Shown: one piece after another, positions 23,917-34,313 of the stretch
Layout: each line of letters starts with the position of its first letter
How positions within the stretch are numbered: the first letter of the stretch is position 1
NCBI GenBank assembly: GCA_964016885.1
Contig: CAXHJY010000839.1
Span: 1-34,313 of the forward strand
Reading direction: 5' to 3'
Source of the DNA: Eledone cirrhosa
Taxonomy: Eukaryota
Length of the DNA: 34,313 nucleotides
The notes under the pieces: model-generated
Databases searched by the model: none
The model's input: only the letters and a program-made list of their open reading frames with translations
What the model was told of the DNA's origin: nothing
Program-made: the position numbers and the translations under genes

Positions 23917-24669
23917 CTGAAGAGAGAGAGAGAGAGAGACGGAAAGAGAGGGGGGAGATGCAGATAGTTAGAGAGAGAGAGGTGCGTATTTTTATTGGTA
24001 CATTTCTTCTGTTTGGAAGACCCCCGGATGAACTGTGCCTTTAATACAAAGGGCTAGTCTTGTTACGTACTGTATCGTACTGAACCTCCCTACAAATTAC
24101 GTTACAGGTACACGTGTCTGTGGAATGCTCAGTCACTTGCTCGTTAATTTTGCGAGCAGGCTGTTGTTCCGTTGATCGAACAACTTGAACGACTCGTCGT
24201 CGAAACCTACGGAGGTCCATTCTATTACTTAGTAGAGTTGTATGTTGAAGTCGTGTCAGTGGCTTGTTGTGTACTTTAGTGTGAGCATCTTCACGTAAAC
24301 ATTTGGTGACAACTCGCTGCTTCATAGCGAAAACAATGCCCTCTGCTGGCGTCATGGATTGATGGAATAATAAGGTCACATAGAGGAATAATAAGGTCAC
24401 GTTAGGGGAATGTATGAGACAATTAATAGAAGACAGACTACTGAGAGCATCACATTAACAGTGATTGATAGTATAATTATTTTCTTTTTTCTTTTTTTAT
24501 ATGTTATTCTTTTCTGAATTAATAAACTCTAAATCCTTCTCCTTGGGATACAGATTTCGAAAATCAAATCAAATCCGTTCTTCTCTAGGACACACCGTTT
24601 TGGAGGCTTTCGGCGACATACAGACATACACTTTCAAATGTATGGTAGATTATATGACTCTCATTGATA

Positions 24670-25272
24670 GCTGAAATATGAAAATATTTATATATATATA
24701 TATATGTGTGTGTGTGTAATATAACATGGTCATATGTGGTTACAAAGATATGAAATATTTGATAATTAGAATATAACATGTCCTTTTATGATGTCAGAGA
24801 TATGGAATATTTGATATATAGAATATAACATGGCCTTCTGTGATGTCAGAGATATGGGGTATTTGATAATAGAATATACCATGCCCTTCTGTGATGTCAG
24901 AGATATGGGGTATTTGATATATAGAATACAGCATGGGTTTCTGTGATGTCAGATTTGGAGTATTTGATATCTAAAATACAGCATGGGTTTCTGTGATGTC
25001 AGAGATATGGGATATTTGATATATAGAATATAACATGGCCTTCTATGATGTGAGATATATGGGATATTTGATATATTGAATATAACATGGCCTTCTGTGA
25101 TGTCAGAGATATGGAATATTTGATATATAAAATATAGCTTGTCAGAGATATAGATATTGGATTTATAGATAGAATACAACATGACCTTCTTATAGCAGAA
25201 ATATGGATCATTTGATATACATAATATAACATGGCCTTGCTTCTTTAAGGGCAGAGATATAGGATATTTCAA
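24670..25272. repeat. ~52-bp minisatellite, about 11 copies
   Basis: Unit starts (GATGTCAGAG or a close variant) recur at 24790, 24842, 24893, 24945, 24995, 25047 and 25099; edges are degenerate. Confidence 0.93.
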
Positions 25273-25389
25273 TATGCCCTTGGCTGGAATAAATTTGATA
25301 TTCCATTTTGAAGAATAGAGATGTTTTTTATGAAAATACTACACCAATATAACTTGTGAAAACTCTATCTATCTATATTTCCCTTTGTG

Positions 25390-25451
<62 letters not shown>

Positions 25452-25470
25452 ACACACACACACACACACA

Positions 25471-25525
<55 letters not shown>

Positions 25526-25755
25526 GTGTGTACGTATGATATGTATCTATCTATCTATCTATATATGTATATATCTATCTATCTATCTATCTCTATATAT
25601 ATACATATGTATCTTTCTCTCTCTATATATATATATGTGTGTGTGTGTATACATACGTATGTATCTATCTACATTCATATATGGCACACACATACACACA
25701 TATTTATATATATATATATATACATATATACACACACATATATATATATATACAC

Positions 25756-25786
<31 letters not shown>

Positions 25787-25860
25787 TACACACACATATA
25801 TATATATATATACATATATACACATATATATATATACACATACATATATATATACACACG

Positions 25861-25930
<70 letters not shown>

Positions 25931-26209
25931 ATTACATTTCTCAGAACAAAAGCAGGAAATATATAACTTCCTTGAGATTAAATAAACTGAATTTCAAACT
26001 TAAGAAACAACAATAACAACAACAACAGCAACGACAACAACAAGAATATACCAATTATTTTGGTGGCTTCAAAAAAATGTACAAGGTGGGGGAGAGAAAT
26101 AAAAAGAGAAGACTCCTTAAGGCTTTATTACATTAAACATGATGAATATTTTGGTTAAAACCGACATTCATGGAAACAATGTATGTATATATTTGTGCAT
26201 AAATTTCTG

Positions 26210-28965
<2,756 letters not shown>

Positions 28966-29199
28966 GGGTGTATGTGTACACGTCTGTGTATATGTATGTC
29001 ACTGATAAATGGTGCTTACAGTTTACCAAAATCTAACGTCCTTCTTCTTCTTCTCCTTCTTTTCCTTCTTCTTCTCCTCCTCCTTCTTCTTCTTCTTCTT
29101 CTTCTTCCAGTTGTTGTTGTTGTTATTATTGTTCATCCTATCGTTAATCTCTTTATTCCTTTGACGGATTCTATTAAGGAAAAGAACAGTAAATAATGA

Positions 29200-29663
29200 G
29201 GTAGTGGTGGTGGTGGTGGTGGTGTAGTGGTGGTGGTGGTGTAGTGGTGGTAGTGTAGTGGTGATGTAGTGGTGGTGTAATGGTGATGTAGTGGTGGTGT
29301 AGTGGTGTAGTGGTGATGTAGTCGGTGGTGGTGGTGGTGGTGGTGTGCTGGTGGTGATGTAGTTGTGGTGTAGTGATGGTGTAGTGGTGGTGTAGTGGTG
29401 ATGTAGTGGTGGTGGTGGTGTATAGTGTTGTAGTGGTGATGTAGTGGTGGTGGTGTAGTGGTGGTGGTGGTGTATAGTGGTGTAGTGGTGATGTAGTGGT
29501 GGTGGTGGTGGTGTAGTGGTGGTGGTGTAGTGGTGGGGTGGGGTTAGGGGTGGCGATGTAATAGTGGTGGAGGTGGTGGTGGTGTAATAATGGTGGTGGT
29601 GGTGGTGGTGGTGTAATAGTGTTGGGGGGGGGGGGTAATAGTGGTGGTGGTGGTGGTGGTGGT
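29200..29663. repeat. (GGT/GTA)n array
   Basis: Direct reading. Confidence 0.93.
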
Positions 29664-29754
29664 GAGAGCAGCAATCTTTGTTTTAAGAAGACTCAATCTC
29701 TCATCTTTAACTTGATAAGGGAAAGAGAGAGAGAGTGTGTGTGTGTGTGTGGAA

Positions 29755-30102
29755 GAAATAGAGGGAGAGAGGGAGAGGAAGAGAGATAAGGGAATAGAGG
29801 GAGAAAGAGAGATAAAGGGAGAGAGAGATGGGGAGGCAAAGAGAAAGAGATATAAGCAGAGAGTGGGGGAGAGAAAGAGAGAGAGATAAAGGGAGAGAGA
29901 GATGGGGAGGCGAAGAGAAAGAGATATAAACAGAGAGTGGGGGAGAGAAAGAGAGAGAGATAAAGGGAGAGAGAGATGGGGAGGCAAAGAGAAAGAGATA
30001 TAAACAGAGAGTGGGGAAGAGAGAGAGATAAAGGAGAGAGAGAGGATGGGGAGGCGAAGAGAAAGAGATATAAGCAGAGAGAGGGGAAGAGAGAGAGAGA
30101 GA
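29755..30102. repeat. GA-rich ~70-bp tandem repeat
   Basis: GATAAAGGGAGAGAGAGATGGGGAGGC.AAGAGAAAGAGATATAA.CAGAGA recurs four times. Confidence 0.88.
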
Positions 30103-30249
30103 TTCTTGAAGGACTCCAAAAAAAATTGGAAGAGGGGAAAAATCAAAATAATTTGTTGTGATGAATCTGTGTGTGTATTTATATGTATGTTTGTGTATAT
30201 GCATGTGAACATATATATGTGTATGTGTATTTGTATGTATATGAATATA

Positions 30250-30737
30250 CAGTGTACCTCCGGCATTCGCGTTCCCGGTTATTCGCGGAATTTTCCTTAG
30301 TATCTAACTAATAATTGTTCGTGGAAATCACAGCATACTCGCGGAATCGTAAATATGAATATACAGTGTACCTCCGGAATTCGCGTTCCCGGTTATTCGC
30401 GGAATTTTCCTTAGTATCTAACTAGTAATTGTTCGTGGAAATCACAGCATACTCGCGGAATCGTAAATATGATCCACGATTTTTTTTATGGCTTTTTTCG
30501 TGGCAATATGTGTATATATATTTTTTAAAGCTAAATTATTAATAACAATATCCCGTCTTTGCTGGCCTATAGGGCGCCCCTTCGCATAAGACGCTTCCTC
30601 ATTTTTTATTATATTTTACGTTATATTTTTGACGTTTATAGGCATTTTTATGGACCACAAACATTTAATATTCGCGATTTTTCGCTCTTCGCGGTTTTTC
30701 GCGGAACGTAACGCCCGCGAATACCGGGGGTCAACTG
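30250..30737. mobile_element. Tc1/mariner (Tigger/pogo-like) non-autonomous DNA transposon with duplicated left end
   Basis: TA|CAGTGTACCTCCGGCATTCGCG ... CGCGAATACCGGGGGTCAACTG|TA: imperfect TIRs, CAG...CTG termini, TA target duplication; left 114 bp tandemly duplicated (second TIR at 30364). Confidence 0.82.
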
Positions 30738-31078
30738 TATATGTGTGTATGTGTGCGTGTATCCCTGTGCATGTGCTTTGTGTGTGCGTGTGTGTCAGCC
30801 TGTGCTTGTATTTGTTTGTCTATATGTGTGTGTGTGTAGGTACGTTTGTTTGCATGTGTGTATGTGTGTGTTTACGTGTGTTTATTTGAATGTGTATGTG
30901 TGTGTTTGCGTGTGTGTGTGTGTGTGTGTATACGTGTGTATGTTTGAATGTGTGTGTGTGCGTGTGTGTGTCTGTGTTTACGTGTGTTTGTTTGAATGTG
31001 TGTGTTCATGTGTTCATGTATGTGTGTTCATGTGTTTTTGAGTGTATGTGTATGTGTGCATGGTATAGGTTATACTAA

Positions 31079-31266
31079 TAATTGTTTCTACTTTGGCACA
31101 AGGCCAGCAATTACCCCAGTGCATTACTGGTACTTTATTTTATCGACCCCATAACGATGAAAGACAAAGTCAACCTCGGCGGGATTTGAACTCAGATCGT
31201 AAAGGGACGTAACTATGCTGGAAAGCATGGCGTCCGACCTTCTACCGATACTGCCAATCCACCGCC
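31079..31266 (-). mobile_element. tRNA-derived SINE (family A) with target-site duplication
   Basis: Close copy of 11288-11478; TAGGTTATACTAATAA at 31066-31081 and 31269-31284. Confidence 0.88.
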
Positions 31267-31469
31267 ATTAGGTTATACTAATAATAGGTTATACTAATAA
31301 TACTAATATTTCTGGGCACAGGTATGTCTGAATATTTAAGGATTTCGCTTTGGAACCTTAAGGTCCCACGTTCAATCCTATCATTTACCGTCCTGTACAA
31401 GTATCATTTATCACAACGACATTTAAGAAAACTGACACCCTGCCCCCTATTCATGTCCCATTTGAGCCC

Positions 31470-32095
31470 TCCAAAGACTCCTTCGGTCACGAATGAACAT
31501 GGGTTTTGAATCTAGAATGTTCTCCTCCGAGACACAACTCCGGGCAAGGTTGTTTGTGGAAGACCAACAGTCGCCCATGCATGACAGTCTCCCCTCTCCA
31601 CACCACCAAGGGAAAGGCAATGGCCAATATAGCTTGGTACCAGTGACGTCACAACTCATATATATTATATATACAGTGTGTACAGTATATATACATGATG
31701 TATGTTGTCTAAAGGAAAGGCAATGGCTAATACAGCTTGGCACCAGTGACGTCACCGTCACAACTCATATATATTATATATACACTATGTACAGTATATA
31801 TATATACACCATGTATGTTGTCCAAGGGACACTATCTACAATATGTTGTATGTACAGTATGTTGTACACTATGTACAGTATGTTGTCCAAGACACTATGT
31901 ACAGTATATATATACACGATGTATGTTGTCCGATATAGCTTGGCACCAGTGACGTCGCAACTCTTTTCTTAGGCTGAGTAAACTGAAGCAACGTGAAATA
32001 AAGTGCCTTGCTCAAGGACACAACACATCACCCGTTCCGAGAATTGACTCACAACCTTCCGATTTCAAGCCCTAACCCCTAAGCCATGCGCCTTC
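31470..32095 (-). mobile_element. SINE (family B head) interrupted by internal duplications
   Basis: 31972-32095 is the reverse complement of the head of the 20691 SINE; AGCTTGG.ACCAGTGACGTC occurs three times (near 31631, 31734, 31937). The left boundary is approximate. Confidence 0.65.
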
Positions 32096-32194
32096 ACACG
32101 CACACACACACAGATAGATAGATAGATGTGTGTAGAGGGAGAATTGGTCCCGGTATTGAACTGGTAATAAATATATCAACCTCTTAAAATATGG

Positions 32195-32530
32195 TTTCTT
32201 ATATAGACACAAGGCCAGCAATTTTGGGGGAGGGGAAAGTCGATTAAATCGATCTCAGTGCGTGACTGGTACTTCATTATATCCACCCCCGTAAGGATGA
32301 AAGGCAAAGTTAACCTCGGCGGATTTGAACTCAGATCGTAAGGGGCCGTAACTCTACGCTGCACAGCATGGCGTACGACCCTCTACCGATACTGTCAATC
32401 CACCGCCCTCTTAAATTATGAAAGACAAAGCTGACCTGGGCAGGAATTTGAACTAGGAAGAAACAGAGCCGTAAGAAATATCGCAAATCATTCTCTCCGA
32501 CGTTCTAATAACTCTACCACTTCGTTGCCT
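32195..32530 (-). mobile_element. Family A SINE followed by a more diverged partial copy
   Basis: GGATGAAAGGCAAAGTTAACCTCGGCGGATTTGAACTCAG at ~32295-32335 and a degenerate repeat at ~32418-32456; CCTCTTAAA.TATG flanks the first copy. Confidence 0.8.
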
Positions 32531-32791
32531 CAAGACTATAAGAAAAAAAACACTAAATAGTCAAGCTATACATTATTCCTCATTAGTGAAATATCCATTA
32601 TGTCTCTTAACTGTCTCCCTTTCCACTACCCTGCACTACCAATATCAACGCCATTACTGTCAACAAACCTTTCCGTTTTTTTCTGTAAATTTTTTTTTTT
32701 CTTTCTAGGTTTTCCTTTTCTGTTATTTGAAAATCGTCACTAATAACAAAGGAATATATAATTGTTTTGTACGTGCCTATATATATATGCG

Positions 32792-32836
<45 letters not shown>

Positions 32837-33240
32837 TTAAAGATTATATATATATATATATATATACATACATATATATCTTTACACACACTCATATATA
32901 CAGAGTGATAGATAGATAGATAGAGAGAGATTTGAATCTTGAACTATATACATACATACATACATACATACATAAAAAAAAATCAGTATTTACGTGTTGT
33001 TTTAAAAGATATAACGGGGAAAAATCACACAAAAATACGCAACAAACTTTTTCAACAACAAAACAAGCTAAGTAAAAACAATACAAAAAGGTAAAGAAAA
33101 AAGAAAATTAGAAAGAATAACAAAAGAAATACAAACAAAACAGAACAAAATATACCAAAGAATCCATTAAGTAAACTCATGGTCAAGAATCAGAGACGAG
33201 AGAGAAAAACTTGCACTAAAAAAGACAGATAGAAAATAAT

Positions 33241-33505
33241 CAAAATGGCTGATATTTTGTCGTTTGATCTATAGATGATGGACGCCATTTTATTTTGGTT
33301 TGTTGGTGAAATTTTTTGGGGGTAATTTTTTCTACTTTTTATTTGTTAAACTAGGGAAATGGGCCGTGTGCAAAGTATGGCTGACATTTTAACACCATTA
33401 GAAACGCTGCGAAGTGGCTTCGGTTTCACAGGAAGCTTGTCACATCGAACTGTCTTGAACTTGTCAATCAAAATAAAAGATGAAGTCTAAAAACAATGGC
33501 TGCGT
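33241..33505. promoter_or_regulatory. Cluster of YY1-like motifs; possible promoter or 5' exon
   Basis: AAAATGGCT (33242), CGCCATTTT (33283), AAGTATGGCT (33373) and AACAATGGCTGC (33492) in unique sequence. Confidence 0.3.
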
Positions 33506-33546
33506 CGTTCGTATATAACAGCGAGAAAACCGAAACGAAAAAAAGA

Positions 33547-33618
<72 letters not shown>

Positions 33619-33833
33619 GTTAATCTCTTTATCTTGATAGGAGGGTTTTGTTGTTTTTATATAAGGTTGGAGGGGTTATTTTTACTTCTCTGTTTAACTG
33701 TTAGTGTGTTAGTAGTTTATTTGGTTATCTCTTCGCCTGTCTGTCGTGATATCTATCCTATCCTATCCTATACCTCCATCGTATATCCTATACCTCCATC
33801 GTATATCCATTTCTCTCACTCTCTCTCTCTCTC

Positions 33834-34313
<480 letters not shown>

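Noticed and set aside
24670-25272. CRISPR-like regular repeat
   Set aside because: Whole 52-bp units repeat with no unique spacers; eukaryotic context and no cas genes.

Overview
AT-rich, microsatellite-saturated eukaryotic non-coding DNA. The SINE families look like those I associate with octopus/cephalopod genomes, but that is inference. The main feature is a young, apparently intact Penelope-like retroelement (PLE) inserted into a (TA)n tract at 249-7286. Its single 819-aa ORF (3130-5589) encodes a reverse transcriptase, a CxCx5C linker and a C-terminal GIY-YIG endonuclease. It has 1371-bp direct pseudo-LTRs (1717-3087, 5916-7286) and a 1470-bp inverted copy of its 3' region (249-1718). 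Each of the three repeats carries a minimal type I hammerhead ribozyme with a palindromic stem III. The two outward-facing 3' ends stop at different template positions, but both lie directly upstream of the same TAACT-GCTC...TT-GAGC-T stem-loop, a candidate signal for the start of reverse transcription. The rest of the window holds at least two other families of short, non-coding, hammerhead-bearing, mostly self-inverted inserts in or beside (TA)n. It also contains a decayed second PLE, a LINE RT fragment, tRNA-derived SINEs, a Tigger/pogo-like MITE, a 52-bp minisatellite, a weak candidate host exon pair and a cluster of YY1-like motifs. Almost all other ORFs in the supplied track are artefacts of simple repeats.
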